Under the pieces are notes generated by a model. That model was not told where the DNA came from. It made no database searches and saw only the letters and a program-made list of their open reading frames with translations. Both the position numbers and the translations under genes were made by a program. DNA of 64,000 nt, from contig DHYU01000080.1 in the NCBI GenBank assembly GCA_002415485.1, forward strand, positions 57,467-121,466, given 5' to 3'. Below are positions 54,086 through 64,000 of this stretch, piece by piece. Positions within the stretch are counted from its first letter, which is position 1. Each line of letters begins with the position of its first letter. This DNA is from Proteobacteria bacterium UBA5122 (GTDB lineage Bacteria > Pseudomonadota > Gammaproteobacteria > Tenderiales > Tenderiaceae).

Positions 54086-54685
54086 TTAACGCGCTTTAAG
54101 TTGTGCCACCAACAGGCGTAGCGCCTGGCCACGATGGCTGATCTGTTTTTTGATCGCGGGTGCCAGTTCGGCCGACGCGCAGTCGTGCGTTGGTACGTAA
54201 AAAACAGGGTCGTAACCAAAGCCGTTGTCGCCGCGTGGCTCGAATAAGATCCGCCCCTCCCAGCTGCCCTGGCAGATCACGGGCGTGGGGTCGAGGGCGT
54301 GGCGCATGTAGACCAGCACACATTGAAAACGTGCCGTGCGTTGTGCCTCGGGTACATCGCGCAAATCAATCAGCAGTTTTTGCAGATTGGCTTCGTCGTT
54401 GGCATGGTCGCCGGCATAACGTGATGAATAGATGCCGGGCGCGCCGTTTAAAAAATCCACTTCCAAGCCTGAGTCATCAGCGATGGCAGGCAGGCCGCTG
54501 TGTTGTGCGGCGTTGCGTGCCTTGATGATGGCGTTTTCGACAAAGCTGAGGCCGTCTTCGATCGCCTCGGCTGTGTTGAAATCCGACTGTGGCAACACCT
54601 GCAGGCCGCAGTCGGCCAGCAAGTCGGCCATTTCGCGGACCTTGCCGGCATTGCCGGTGGCGAGGACGACTTTTTGTACGGTCAC
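54086..54685 (-). CDS. rdgB: dITP/XTP pyrophosphatase
   Basis: [12 protein letters not shown]...[19 protein letters not shown]...FGYDPVF: RdgB/HAM1 motifs. Confidence 0.92.
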   Translation of the reverse strand: MTVQKVVLATGNAGKVREMADLLADCGLQVLPQSDFNTAEAIEDGLSFVENAIIKARNAAQHSGLPAIADDSGLEVDFLNGAPGIYSSRYAGDHANDEANLQKLLIDLRDVPEAQRTARFQCVLVYMRHALDPTPVICQGSWEGRILFEPRGDNGFGYDPVFYVPTHDCASAELAPAIKKQISHRGQALRLLVAQLKAR

Positions 54686-54689
54686 ACGT

Positions 54690-55415
54690 TTAGTCCTGAT
54701 TCAGTGCTTCAGACTGTTTGCGCAATAGCTCGCCGATGCCGGTCTGGGCCAGTGCCAGCATCGATTGCAGCTCATCCATGCGGAATGCATGTCCCTCTGC
54801 TGTGCCTTGTACCTCGATAAAGGCGCCGGCATCGTTCATGACCACATTCATGTCGGTCTCGGCGTTTGAGTCTTCGGCGTAATCCAGGTCCAGCACGGGG
54901 GTGCCGTTGTAGATGCCGACGGAGATCGATGCGACCTGGCCATGCAATGGATTCTTCTTGATCATGCCCTTGGCCAGCATGTGATTGACGGCGTCGGCCA
55001 GTGCGACATAACCGCCGGTGATGGAGGCGGTGCGTGTACCGCCGTCGGCCTGGATTACGTCGCAGTCGATGGTGATGACGCGCTCGCCGAGGGCATCAAG
55101 GTCGACCACGGCGCGCAGTGAACGGCCGATCAGACGTTGGATCTCCATTGTGCGCCCGCCCTGTTGGCCGTTGGCGGCCTCGCGGCGCATGCGTGAGCCG
55201 GTCGAGCGTGGCAGCATGCCGTATTCAGCGGTGACCCAGCCTTGGTTTTGACCCTTCATCCAGCGTGGTACGCGCTCTTCGATCGACGCGGTGCAGATCA
55301 CCTGGGTGTCGCCGAATTCCACCAGCACCGAACCTTCGGCGTGTTTGGTGAATTTGCGGGTGATGTTGATTTCGCGTAGCTGGTCGGGTTGACGGCCGCT
55401 GGGGCGCATGGGCAT
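54690..55415 (-). CDS. rph: ribonuclease PH
   Basis: [34 protein letters not shown]...[14 protein letters not shown]: canonical RNase PH. Confidence 0.95.
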   Translation of the reverse strand: MPMRPSGRQPDQLREINITRKFTKHAEGSVLVEFGDTQVICTASIEERVPRWMKGQNQGWVTAEYGMLPRSTGSRMRREAANGQQGGRTMEIQRLIGRSLRAVVDLDALGERVITIDCDVIQADGGTRTASITGGYVALADAVNHMLAKGMIKKNPLHGQVASISVGIYNGTPVLDLDYAEDSNAETDMNVVMNDAGAFIEVQGTAEGHAFRMDELQSMLALAQTGIGELLRKQSEALNQD

Positions 55416-55569
55416 GTCCTTTCAAATCTATCGTGGGTGTGGCGCCGACGGGGCCGGGCCTGCGGACCGCGGATTATAGCGGCATTGAGGGGAGCGCGGC
55501 CAGTTGGCATGGTGATGTGGCGTCATCCGGTTTATGATGGCCGACACTTTTGATCAGCCGGAGTAGCCC

Positions 55570-56436
55570 ATGACCCTCAGTATGACCTCGTTTGCCCGTC
55601 GTGAAATCAACACGGAATTCGGCAATCTGCGCTGGGAGTTGCGCTCGGTCAATCACCGTTTTCTCGATGTCAGCCTGCGCATGCCGGACGACCTGCGTCT
55701 GCTCGAGCCGCTGGCGCGTGACCTGCTGGGGCAGCAGCTCAAGCGCGGCAAGGTCGAGGGCAGCCTGCGTTTTCAGGCAGCGGCCAGTCAGGACCGCGAC
55801 TTCGTGATCGACATGGATCTGGTCAAGCGTCTGTCCGAGGCGACCAAGCAGGTCGGCCGCCAGTTTCTCAGCGACGCCCGCGTCTCGGCGCTGGAGGTGT
55901 TGCGCTGGCCGGGGGTGATGGAGGTTGCAGAGGTCGATCAGACGCCTCTGCACGAGGCGGCGATGAGCCTGTTGCAGGAGGCGCTCGACGATATGCTGGA
56001 GCACCGTCGTCGTGAGGGCGTCAAGCTGCGGGCGGTGATCGAGCAGCGCTGCGATGCCATCGGTGAGCTGGTGGTGAAGATGCGCGGCCACCTGCCTGCG
56101 CTGCGCGAACAGCTGCATCAGCGCCTGCGTGATCGCCTGGGCGAGCTCAAGGATCAGGTCGACCCCCAGCGGCTGGAGCAGGAGATTGTGCTGCAGGCGC
56201 AGAAGATGGATGTCGATGAAGAGCTGGATCGTCTGGCGACCCATGTCGACGAGGTGCGTCATACCCTGGGGCGTGATGAGCCGGTGGGGCGTCGTCTCGA
56301 CTTCCTGATGCAGGAGCTGAACCGTGAGGCCAATACGCTGGGCTCCAAATCGAACGATACCGAGGTCACGCGTACCAGTGTCGAGCTAAAGGTGTTGATC
56401 GAACAAATTCGTGAACAGATTCAAAATATAGAGTAA
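55570..56436 (+). CDS. yicC: YicC-family stress-induced protein
   Basis: MTSFARRE.....WELRSVNHRFLD....EELDRL..H......L.......GRRLDFLMQELNREANT.GSK: YicC N and C domains. Divergent from rph, as in E. coli. Confidence 0.9.
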   Translation: MTLSMTSFARREINTEFGNLRWELRSVNHRFLDVSLRMPDDLRLLEPLARDLLGQQLKRGKVEGSLRFQAAASQDRDFVIDMDLVKRLSEATKQVGRQFLSDARVSALEVLRWPGVMEVAEVDQTPLHEAAMSLLQEALDDMLEHRRREGVKLRAVIEQRCDAIGELVVKMRGHLPALREQLHQRLRDRLGELKDQVDPQRLEQEIVLQAQKMDVDEELDRLATHVDEVRHTLGRDEPVGRRLDFLMQELNREANTLGSKSNDTEVTRTSVELKVLIEQIREQIQNIE

Positions 56437-57078
<642 letters not shown>

Positions 57079-57183
57079 CCAGCGGCATCAAAAAGTATGT
57101 ATAATCGCCGGTTTCGTCCGGCTGGCGGTCGCAGAGGCTGCCGTTTAGACCACAGAATTTTTCTAAGTTATCTGGAGTGAAAC

Positions 57184-57495
57184 ATGGCACGTGTGACCGT
57201 AGAAGATTGTCTCGATATGGTGGATAACCGTTTTGAATTGGTGTTGCTCGCCACCAAGCGCGCGCGCCAACTGGCAAACGGTAAAGAGGCCCAGGTTGCG
57301 TGGGAAAACGACAAGCCCACCGTTGTGGCCTTGCGCGAGATCTCTGAAGGGCTGGTAAGCCGTACGATCCTGGACGAGGCGCCGGAAGAGGAAGACGTAG
57401 TCGCGTCTGCGATCTCTGATGAAGAGGTTAAAATGGAAACGACTCAGGTCATTGAGGAAGTGAGCGCGGCCTCTGCGGAGGATAACGACGAGTAA
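57184..57495 (+). CDS. rpoZ: DNA-directed RNA polymerase subunit omega
   Basis: MARVTVEDC......[16 protein letters not shown]: canonical omega N-terminus. Confidence 0.93.
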   Translation: MARVTVEDCLDMVDNRFELVLLATKRARQLANGKEAQVAWENDKPTVVALREISEGLVSRTILDEAPEEEDVVASAISDEEVKMETTQVIEEVSAASAEDNDE

Positions 57496-57503
57496 TTCGC
57501 GGG

Positions 57504-59735
57504 GTGAGTGTGAGTCCAACCGGTTCCGCTGAATCGAGCCCTGCTCACGCCCACCAAGGCCTGGAGCCCCTTTTCGACAATCTGCGCGCCGAAATCAGTC
57601 AGTATTTCGATGCCGAGCAGATTGCAAAGGTGCACCAGGCCTTTATTTTTGGTGCCGAGGCGCACAAAGAGCAACGCCGTAAATCCGGCGAACCCTATAT
57701 CACCCACCCCCTCGAGGTCGCCCGGATCATGGCGACCAGTCGTTTTGACTGCGACACCGTCGTCGCCGCCATCCTGCATGATGTGATTGAAGATACCGGC
57801 GTCAGTAAAGAGTCGCTGGCGCAGCAGTTTGGTCAAGAGGTCGCCGAGCTGGTGGATGGGGTCAGCAAGCTGACCCAGCTCAATTTCGAGTCCAAGGCCC
57901 AGGCCGAGGCCGAGAACATGCGCAAGATGTTGATGGCGATGGCCAAGGACATCCGCGTGATGCTGATCAAGCTGCACGACCGGCTGCACAACATGCGCAC
58001 GCTCGGCCACATGCGGCCGGATAAGCGCCGCCGCATCGCACGCGAAACACTGGATATCTTTGTGCCGATCGCCAACCGTCTGGGGTTGAACGCATTGCGT
58101 TTGGAGCTGGAAGACTTGGGTTTTGCTGCGCTGTATCCCGCGCGCCATCGAGTATTGTCGGAGGCGGTCAAAAAGGCGCGAGGCAATCGACGCGAGCTCG
58201 TTGAACAGATTCAAAACGCGATCCGCGAGCGATTGGGCAACGAGCACCTGCAAGGCCAGGTCTATGGCCGCGAAAAACATCTGTTCAGCATTTACCAGAA
58301 GATGCGTGGCAAACACCTGCCCTTTTCCGAGGTGTTTGACGTCTATGCCTTTCGCATTATTGTCGACAACGTCGACAGTTGTTATCGCGTGCTTGGTGCC
58401 GCGCACAATCTGTACAAACCCGTGCCGGGCAAATTCAAAGACTACATCGCGATCCCCAAGGCCAATGGCTATCAGTCGTTGCACACGGTATTGCAGGGGC
58501 CTTACGGGGTGCCGATCGAGGTACAGATCCGTACCGAAGAGATGGATCGAGTTGCCGAGGCCGGCGTCGCGGCGCACTGGTTGTACAAGACCGGTAATGA
58601 AGAGGGTAGTTTCGGGCCGCATGCCCGTGTCCGTGAGTGGATGAAGTCGGTGCTGGAGATGCAGCAGAGCGCCGGCAGTTCGATGGAGTTTCTGGAGAAC
58701 GTCAAGATCGACCTCTTCCCGCGCGAGGTCTATGTGTTTACACCCAAGGGGCGGATCATGGTACTCAAGCGTGGTGCCACGCCGGTGGATTTTGCGTATG
58801 CCGTGCATACCGATGTTGGCAGCCGTTGTGTCGCGGCCAAGGTCGATCGCAAGCTGGCCCCCTTGCGTACTCCGCTCAGCAATGGTCAGACAGTGGAGAT
58901 CATCACCGCCAGCAATGCACGGCCGAATCCGGCCTGGTTGAGCTTTGTCGTCACAGGCAAGGCGCGCGCCAATATCCGCCACTTTTTGAAGAACCTGCGG
59001 CGTGACGAGGCGGTTGAGCTCGGTCGGCGTATGCTCGACATAGAAATGGCGGCGCTGAACTCGTCGGTCGACAAGATACGGCCGGTCTTTTTGGGTTCGG
59101 TATTGCAGGAATTCAAACTGGACAGCTTTGAGTCGTTGTTGGAAGACATCGGGCTTGGTAATCGCATGGCCTTGCTGGTGGCGCAGCGACTGGTGCCGCA
59201 AAAGGCGAAGGATGTCGATCGCGGCCTGAAGGGGGCCCTGAAGAAGGTGATGCCGTCCTGGCTGCTGGGCAGCAAGAGTCATCAGCATACGCGGCCGTTG
59301 TTGATCAAGGGCACCGAGGGCATGGTGCTGAATTTTGCGCGTTGTTGTCGGCCAATCCCAGGCGATCCCATCGTTGGTTTTATCACCGCCGGGCGCGGCA
59401 TCGTGGTGCATACCGAGTCGTGTAAGAATCTCGCCGAGTATCGCAACGTGCCGGAGAAATGGATCCATGCTCAATGGGAGCAGGATATCGAAGGTGAATT
59501 CCCGGTCGAGGTGCGGCTGGATATGCTGAACCAACGCGGCGTGCTGGCGACGGTGGCGGCGGCCGTTGCCGAGATGGGCGCCAATATCGATCATGTGACG
59601 ATGGAGGAGCGCGACGGTCGTCACAGTGCGATGACCCTGTTGATCGACGTCAAGAATCGTCAGCACTTGGCCAATATCATGCGCCGCCTCAAGGGCATCG
59701 ACTCTGTCACGCGCATCACCCGCACCCGCGGTTAA
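57504..59735 (+). CDS. spoT: bifunctional (p)ppGpp synthetase/hydrolase
   Basis: HD hydrolase domain (GEPYITHPLEVA, ILHDVIEDT), synthetase domain (GREKHLFSIYQKM, GYQSLHT), TGS and ACT domains. Position after rpoZ. GTG start. Confidence 0.93.
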   Translation: MSVSPTGSAESSPAHAHQGLEPLFDNLRAEISQYFDAEQIAKVHQAFIFGAEAHKEQRRKSGEPYITHPLEVARIMATSRFDCDTVVAAILHDVIEDTGVSKESLAQQFGQEVAELVDGVSKLTQLNFESKAQAEAENMRKMLMAMAKDIRVMLIKLHDRLHNMRTLGHMRPDKRRRIARETLDIFVPIANRLGLNALRLELEDLGFAALYPARHRVLSEAVKKARGNRRELVEQIQNAIRERLGNEHLQGQVYGREKHLFSIYQKMRGKHLPFSEVFDVYAFRIIVDNVDSCYRVLGAAHNLYKPVPGKFKDYIAIPKANGYQSLHTVLQGPYGVPIEVQIRTEEMDRVAEAGVAAHWLYKTGNEEGSFGPHARVREWMKSVLEMQQSAGSSMEFLENVKIDLFPREVYVFTPKGRIMVLKRGATPVDFAYAVHTDVGSRCVAAKVDRKLAPLRTPLSNGQTVEIITASNARPNPAWLSFVVTGKARANIRHFLKNLRRDEAVELGRRMLDIEMAALNSSVDKIRPVFLGSVLQEFKLDSFESLLEDIGLGNRMALLVAQRLVPQKAKDVDRGLKGALKKVMPSWLLGSKSHQHTRPLLIKGTEGMVLNFARCCRPIPGDPIVGFITAGRGIVVHTESCKNLAEYRNVPEKWIHAQWEQDIEGEFPVEVRLDMLNQRGVLATVAAAVAEMGANIDHVTMEERDGRHSAMTLLIDVKNRQHLANIMRRLKGIDSVTRITRTRG

Positions 59736-59849
59736 CACCGCATCATAGGCGTATTGATTCAATTCATATTTCCCATTCCGACGGCGCCCGGAATCCAGTA
59801 ACATGCATCCCCAATTCAAACACTCATTTCGTACAGTTAGGGGAAGAAC

Positions 59850-60233
59850 ATGGCGCGTGAAATCATCAGCACAGACAAGGCTCCACAGGCGATAGGCACC
59901 TATTCGCAGGCGGTGAAGGTGGGCAAGACCGTCTACATGTCGGGCCAGATCCCGTTGGTGCCGGAGACGATGACCATGGTGGAAGGTGATATGGAGGCCA
60001 ACATCCGTCGCGTATTCGACAATCTGGCCGCCGTGGCTGAGGCCGCCGGTGGTTCGCTGCAGGATGTGGCCAAGCTCAATATCTTTTTGATCGACCTAGG
60101 TCACTTTGCGTTGGTCAATCAGGTGATGGCGGATTATTTCCAGCAGCCGTATCCGGCGCGTGCCGCGATCGGTGTCGCCAGTTTGCCCAAGGGCGCACAG
60201 GTCGAGATGGACGCGGTCCTCGAACTGGCCTAA
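59850..60233 (+). CDS. ridA: RidA-family reactive-intermediate deaminase
   Basis: [13 protein letters not shown]...Y.SGQIP........[15 protein letters not shown]: YjgF/RidA signature. Confidence 0.9.
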   Translation: MAREIISTDKAPQAIGTYSQAVKVGKTVYMSGQIPLVPETMTMVEGDMEANIRRVFDNLAAVAEAAGGSLQDVAKLNIFLIDLGHFALVNQVMADYFQQPYPARAAIGVASLPKGAQVEMDAVLELA

Positions 60234-60242
60234 GCCATTTCG

Positions 60243-62330
60243 TTGGACACGCTGGCGGCTGCGATGAAGCTCGATGCCGAGGTGACCGCGCTCAAGGGCG
60301 TGGGACCACGCCAGGCCGAGCGCCTGCACAAGCTCGGGCTGCAGCGCGTGCGCGATGTATTGTTTCATCTGCCGCTGCGCTATCAGGACCGCACCCGCGT
60401 GGTGCCGATCGGCAGCCTGCTGCCCGGTCAGGAGGGTGTGATCGAAGGTGAGATCCAGGCCTCGGATGTGAAGTTCGGCAGTCGTCGTTCGCTGCTGTGT
60501 CGCCTCAACGATGGTACCGGCAGCATCATGCTGCGCTTCTTTCACTTCAGCGGTGCACAGCGCGCCTATCTGCAAAAGGGCGTGCGCCTGCGCTGTTACG
60601 GCGCGGTGCGTCGTGGTCCGGCGATGCTGGAGATGGTCCACCCCGAATATCAAAACATCGAGGCCGAGGCGGAGATCGAAGACTGCCTGACGCCGATCTA
60701 CCCCAGCACCGATGGCGTGCAACAACGCAGCCTGCGTCAGCTCACCGATCAGGCGCTGGCCCTGCTCGAGACCGAGGCGGTGGAGGAACTGTTGCCGCAG
60801 GCCCTGTTGGCGGATTTTGAGCTGCCGACGCTGGCCGAGGCGCTGCGTTATGTGCACCGGCCGCCGCCGCATGCGCCGGTGGAGCTGTTGCTCGATGGCG
60901 AACACCCCACACAGCAGCGGCTGGCCTTTGAAGAGTTATTGGCCCATCACCTGAGTCTGCGTCAGCTGCGGCTGCGGGCACAGCACTTGAGCGCGCCGCC
61001 GCTGCCGACCGGTGGTGAGTTGCAGGAGGCCTTTCTGGAGCAACTGCCGTTTGAGCTGACCGCGGCGCAGGCGCGGGTGCTGGCCGAGATCGGTCAGGAC
61101 CTGGCGCAAACGCATCCGATGCAGCGGCTGGTGCAGGGCGATGTCGGCTCCGGCAAGACCGCCGTCGCTGCTGCGGCCGTGTTGTGTGCAGTTGATGGTG
61201 GTTACCAGGCGGCATTGATGGCGCCGACCGAGCTGTTGGCCGAGCAGCACTACCGTAATTTTTCGGTCTGGTTCGAGGCCTTGGGCCTGAAGATCGTCTG
61301 GCTGGCCGGCAAACAGGGGGCGGCCGAGCGGCGACAGGCGCTGGCGGATCTCGCCTCGGGTGAGGCGGCCTTGGCCGTCGGCACGCATGCATTGTTTCAG
61401 GATGACGTTGAGTTTCACAACCTAGGGCTGGTGGTGGTCGATGAGCAACACCGCTTTGGCGTGCATCAGCGCCTGGCGCTACGCGACAAGGGCCGTCAGG
61501 GGCAGCAGGCGCCGCATCAGTTGATCATGACGGCGACGCCGATCCCGCGCACGTTGGCGATGACGGCCTATGCCGATCTCGATACGTCGATCATTGATGA
61601 GCTGCCGCCAGGGCGGACGCCGGTGGAGACGGTGGTGTTGCAGGACACGCGCCGCGCCGAGGTCGTGCAGCGCGTGCGCGATGCCTGTGTCAGCGGGCGT
61701 CAAGCCTATTGGGTCTGCACGCTGATTGAGGAATCGGAGGCCCTGCAATGCGAGGCGGCGGAGGCGACGGCCGAGTTGCTGAAGGGCGCGCTGCCGGAGC
61801 TGAAGGTGGGGCTGGTCCATGGCCGCATGAAGTCGGCCGAAAAAGAGGCCGTGATGACGGCCTTCAAGGCGCGCGACTACGATCTGCTGGTGGCGACGAC
61901 GGTGATCGAGGTCGGTGTCGATGTGCCCAACGCCAGCCTGATGATCATTGAGAATGCCGAGCGGTTGGGGCTGGCACAGTTGCATCAATTGCGTGGCCGA
62001 GTCGGTCGTGGTTGTGCCAAGAGCAGTTGTGTTTTGATGTATCATAAGCCGCTTTCGCAGCAGGGGCGGCAGCGGTTGGCGATCATGCGTGAGACCAATG
62101 ATGGCTTTGAGATTGCGCGCCGCGATCTGGAATTGCGCGGGCCGGGCGAGGTGCTGGGCACACGTCAGAGCGGGCTGCTGCGGCTGAAGGTGGCGGACCT
62201 GGGCCGCGACCAGGCCCTGATCCCCGATGTCAGTCGTGCTGCCGAGCAGTTGCTGCGCCAATGGCCGCAGCGTGCGCCGGCGTTGATCGAGCGCTGGCTG
62301 GGGGATAAACAACACTATGGCGCTGTGTAG
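60243..62330 (+). CDS. recG: ATP-dependent DNA helicase RecG
   Basis: Wedge domain, helicase motif I GDVGSGKT, DEQHRFGV, TATPIPRT, QLHQLRGRVGRG. TTG start. Confidence 0.95.
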   Translation: MDTLAAAMKLDAEVTALKGVGPRQAERLHKLGLQRVRDVLFHLPLRYQDRTRVVPIGSLLPGQEGVIEGEIQASDVKFGSRRSLLCRLNDGTGSIMLRFFHFSGAQRAYLQKGVRLRCYGAVRRGPAMLEMVHPEYQNIEAEAEIEDCLTPIYPSTDGVQQRSLRQLTDQALALLETEAVEELLPQALLADFELPTLAEALRYVHRPPPHAPVELLLDGEHPTQQRLAFEELLAHHLSLRQLRLRAQHLSAPPLPTGGELQEAFLEQLPFELTAAQARVLAEIGQDLAQTHPMQRLVQGDVGSGKTAVAAAAVLCAVDGGYQAALMAPTELLAEQHYRNFSVWFEALGLKIVWLAGKQGAAERRQALADLASGEAALAVGTHALFQDDVEFHNLGLVVVDEQHRFGVHQRLALRDKGRQGQQAPHQLIMTATPIPRTLAMTAYADLDTSIIDELPPGRTPVETVVLQDTRRAEVVQRVRDACVSGRQAYWVCTLIEESEALQCEAAEATAELLKGALPELKVGLVHGRMKSAEKEAVMTAFKARDYDLLVATTVIEVGVDVPNASLMIIENAERLGLAQLHQLRGRVGRGCAKSSCVLMYHKPLSQQGRQRLAIMRETNDGFEIARRDLELRGPGEVLGTRQSGLLRLKVADLGRDQALIPDVSRAAEQLLRQWPQRAPALIERWLGDKQHYGAV

Positions 62331-62351
62331 CTGCGGATTGGATCGTAGACG

Positions 62352-62963
62352 GTGAATAGTGATTACAGGACGCGGTTGCCCTGCGGCGTGGCGAAGGCCG
62401 ATCCCCACTGGTGGCCTGCGACACGCTTGCGTAACGGTCAGTTGTCGGCGGTGCAGGCGCATTGGCTGTTGGATCATGGTTCGCTGACACGCCGCCTGCG
62501 GCGCGCCAGCGGCGGCCGGTTTCGGGTGCAGGTGCTGAGCCAGTGTTGGCAGCGGCCGCAGTGGGGCGAGCGCCGCGCGCTGGGTATCGATGACCGGGCC
62601 TTGGTGCGGGTGCGTGAGGTGAAGTTGTTGTGCCGAGGGCAGGCGGCGGTATATGCGCGCACGGTGATCCCGGCGGCGACGCTGAGCGGTCGCGGCCGCA
62701 GCCTCAGATGGCTGGGCGGCAAGCCGCTGGGAGAGTTGTTGTTCCGGGATCGCACCATGCGCCGCGGTCCGATTGAGTTGGCGCACGTCGACGATGTGCC
62801 GGCCTTTAATCAAAAGACTGGGGTGCAAAGTGATGCGCAGCCCTTGTGGGGACGGCGCTCTGTGTTTACCCTGCGCGGCCGGCAGTTGCTGGTCAGTGAG
62901 TTTTTTTTACCGCCGCTGTTGCCCTTGCCGCGCAGCCAGTTTTGGTTAACGACAAAATATTGA
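62352..62963 (+). CDS. ubiC: chorismate--pyruvate lyase
   Basis: [12 protein letters not shown] and LVRVREV.L motifs of UbiC. It lies directly upstream of ubiA and overlaps it by 1 nt. The start codon is uncertain (GTG 62352). Confidence 0.75.
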   Translation: MNSDYRTRLPCGVAKADPHWWPATRLRNGQLSAVQAHWLLDHGSLTRRLRRASGGRFRVQVLSQCWQRPQWGERRALGIDDRALVRVREVKLLCRGQAAVYARTVIPAATLSGRGRSLRWLGGKPLGELLFRDRTMRRGPIELAHVDDVPAFNQKTGVQSDAQPLWGRRSVFTLRGRQLLVSEFFLPPLLPLPRSQFWLTTKY

Positions 62964-63823
62964 TGAAGCTCGATCGCGAACGTTTACGGCAGTATTTTTT
63001 GCTGGTCCGGCTGGATAAGCCGATCGGCATCCTGCTGCTGCTGTGGCCGACCCTGTGGGCGCTGTGGCTGGCGGCGGAAGGCATCCCCAATCTGTGGGTG
63101 ATGACGGTGTTTGTGCTCGGTGTGGTGTTGATGCGTTCGGCCGGCTGTGTGATCAATGACTTTGCCGATCGCAAGGTCGACCCGCATGTGGAGCGCACCA
63201 AGGAGCGGCCGCTAGCGGCGGGCAAGGTGTCTTCGCGAGAGGTTCTGTATCTGTTTGTCGGGTTGACGCTGACGGCCTTTGTGCTGGTGCTGACGATGAA
63301 TTGGCTGACGATTGCGTTGTCGTTTGTTGGTGCCTTTCTTGCGGCCAGTTATCCGTTCATGAAACGGTATACCTATCTGCCGCAGCTCTATCTGGGGCTG
63401 GCCTTTGGTTGGGCGGTGCCGATGGCCTTTGCCGCGCAGACCGGCAGTGTGCCGACGGTGGCGTGGCTGTTGTTGATTGCGACGGTGTTGTGGGCGACGG
63501 CCTACGACACGATGTATGCGATGGTCGACCGGCGTGATGATCTGCGAATCGGCGTCAAGTCGACCGCGATCCTGTTTGGCGATGCCGACCGTCTGATCAT
63601 CGGCGTGATCCAGGTGATGATGCTGATGGTGTTGGTGTTGATTGGCCAGCGATTGTCATTGGGGGCTGCATATTACGGTGGTCTGTTGCTGGCGGCGGCG
63701 TTGATGGTGTATCACCAGTTTTTGATCAAGGAACGCGATCGCATGAAGTGTTTTCATGCGTTTTTAAACAACAATTGGATCGGTTTGGTGATTTTTGCCG
63801 GTCTCTTTATTCATTATCTGTGA
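62963..63823 (+). CDS. ubiA: 4-hydroxybenzoate octaprenyltransferase
   Basis: [36 protein letters not shown] and [13 protein letters not shown]: UbiA Asp-rich motifs. The start was taken at ATG 62963. Confidence 0.92.
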   Translation: MKLDRERLRQYFLLVRLDKPIGILLLLWPTLWALWLAAEGIPNLWVMTVFVLGVVLMRSAGCVINDFADRKVDPHVERTKERPLAAGKVSSREVLYLFVGLTLTAFVLVLTMNWLTIALSFVGAFLAASYPFMKRYTYLPQLYLGLAFGWAVPMAFAAQTGSVPTVAWLLLIATVLWATAYDTMYAMVDRRDDLRIGVKSTAILFGDADRLIIGVIQVMMLMVLVLIGQRLSLGAAYYGGLLLAAALMVYHQFLIKERDRMKCFHAFLNNNWIGLVIFAGLFIHYL

Positions 63824-63836
63824 TTGGATTTTAGGT

Positions 63837-64000
63837 ATGTTGATGTCTGTGCTGGCCGTCGTGGCCGGGTTTGTCATTTTGGTCTGGGGCGCTGATCGTT
63901 GTGTGATGGGGGCGTCGGCGACGGCGCGCAACTTTGGCGTTGCACCGATGATCATCGGTCTGACCATCGTTGGTTTTGGCACTTCGGCGCCGGAGATGCT
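63837..64000 (+). CDS. Ca2+/Na+ antiporter family (YrbG/CaCA-like) membrane protein, N-terminal fragment
   Basis: MLMSVLAVVAGFVILVWGADRCVMGASATARNFGVAPMIIGLTIVGFGTSAPEM contains the alpha-1 repeat GTSAPE motif. Truncated by the window end. Confidence 0.7.
   Translation, partial: MLMSVLAVVAGFVILVWGADRCVMGASATARNFGVAPMIIGLTIVGFGTSAPEM

Noticed and set aside
57444-59819. 791-aa ORF antisense to spoT, the longest ORF on that strand.
   Set aside because: It covers spoT, which has unmistakable HD/RelA-SpoT/TGS/ACT motifs. The antisense translation is an Arg/Leu/His/Gln/Asp-rich string without recognisable motifs. It is the usual stop-free shadow frame of GC-rich coding DNA.
60096-62828. Several long antisense or out-of-frame ORFs within recG/ubiC (60096-60905, 60742-61392, 60936-61418, 61479-62828).
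   Set aside because: They are shadow frames of recG. Their compositions are dominated by Arg/Pro/Ala/Gln, there are no motifs, and the sense-strand gene is certain.

Overview
This 64-kb window looks like a gammaproteobacterial chromosome. That placement is an inference from synteny: trpG-D-C, crp next to an OsmC/YhfA-like gene, rplM-rpsI, rph / yicC-gmk-rpoZ-spoT-ridA-recG, and ubiC-ubiA. About two thirds is ordinary housekeeping: Trp, thiamine and ubiquinone biosynthesis, ribosomal proteins, the stringent response, recG, serB, hemW, and a PAS-GGDEF-EAL protein. Two accessory blocks stand out, and both are visibly more AT-rich than the flanks. Spot counts of single 60-nt lines give 19/60 and 24/60 G+C inside 37.1-38.2 kb and 25/60 at 18.3 kb, against 37/60 in recG. 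Block (i), about 13.9-28.8 kb, is a 13-gene same-strand cluster. It encodes five c-type cytochromes with 24 CXXCH motifs in total: one tetrahaem, three c7-like trihaems and one 11-haem protein. It also encodes a 620-aa predicted beta-barrel with an adjacent parvulin PPIase, a lipoprotein with an amicyanin-like type-1 copper signature, two NHL-repeat lipoproteins, a CcsB/CcsA haem lyase pair and a TPR protein. I read it as a candidate, experimentally uncharacterised, envelope-spanning electron-transfer system. Block (ii), 33.2-40.6 kb, lies next to tRNA-Gly(CCC). It is a tightly coupled six-gene operon of three unknown exported/outer-membrane proteins, an ECF sigma factor, an anti-sigma factor and an S8 protease. 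The sigma gene carries a C9 homopolymer right after its start codon. Smaller curiosities are a PEP-CTERM protein with a nidogen-like (NIDO) domain, an orphan Rap1a/Tai4-like periplasmic protein, a host-attachment (baeRF-like) protein, and a G10 tract in a divergent LysR promoter region. I found no CRISPR array, IS element, integrase, prophage or rRNA. All family assignments come from motif recognition by eye in the supplied translations; no searches were run.
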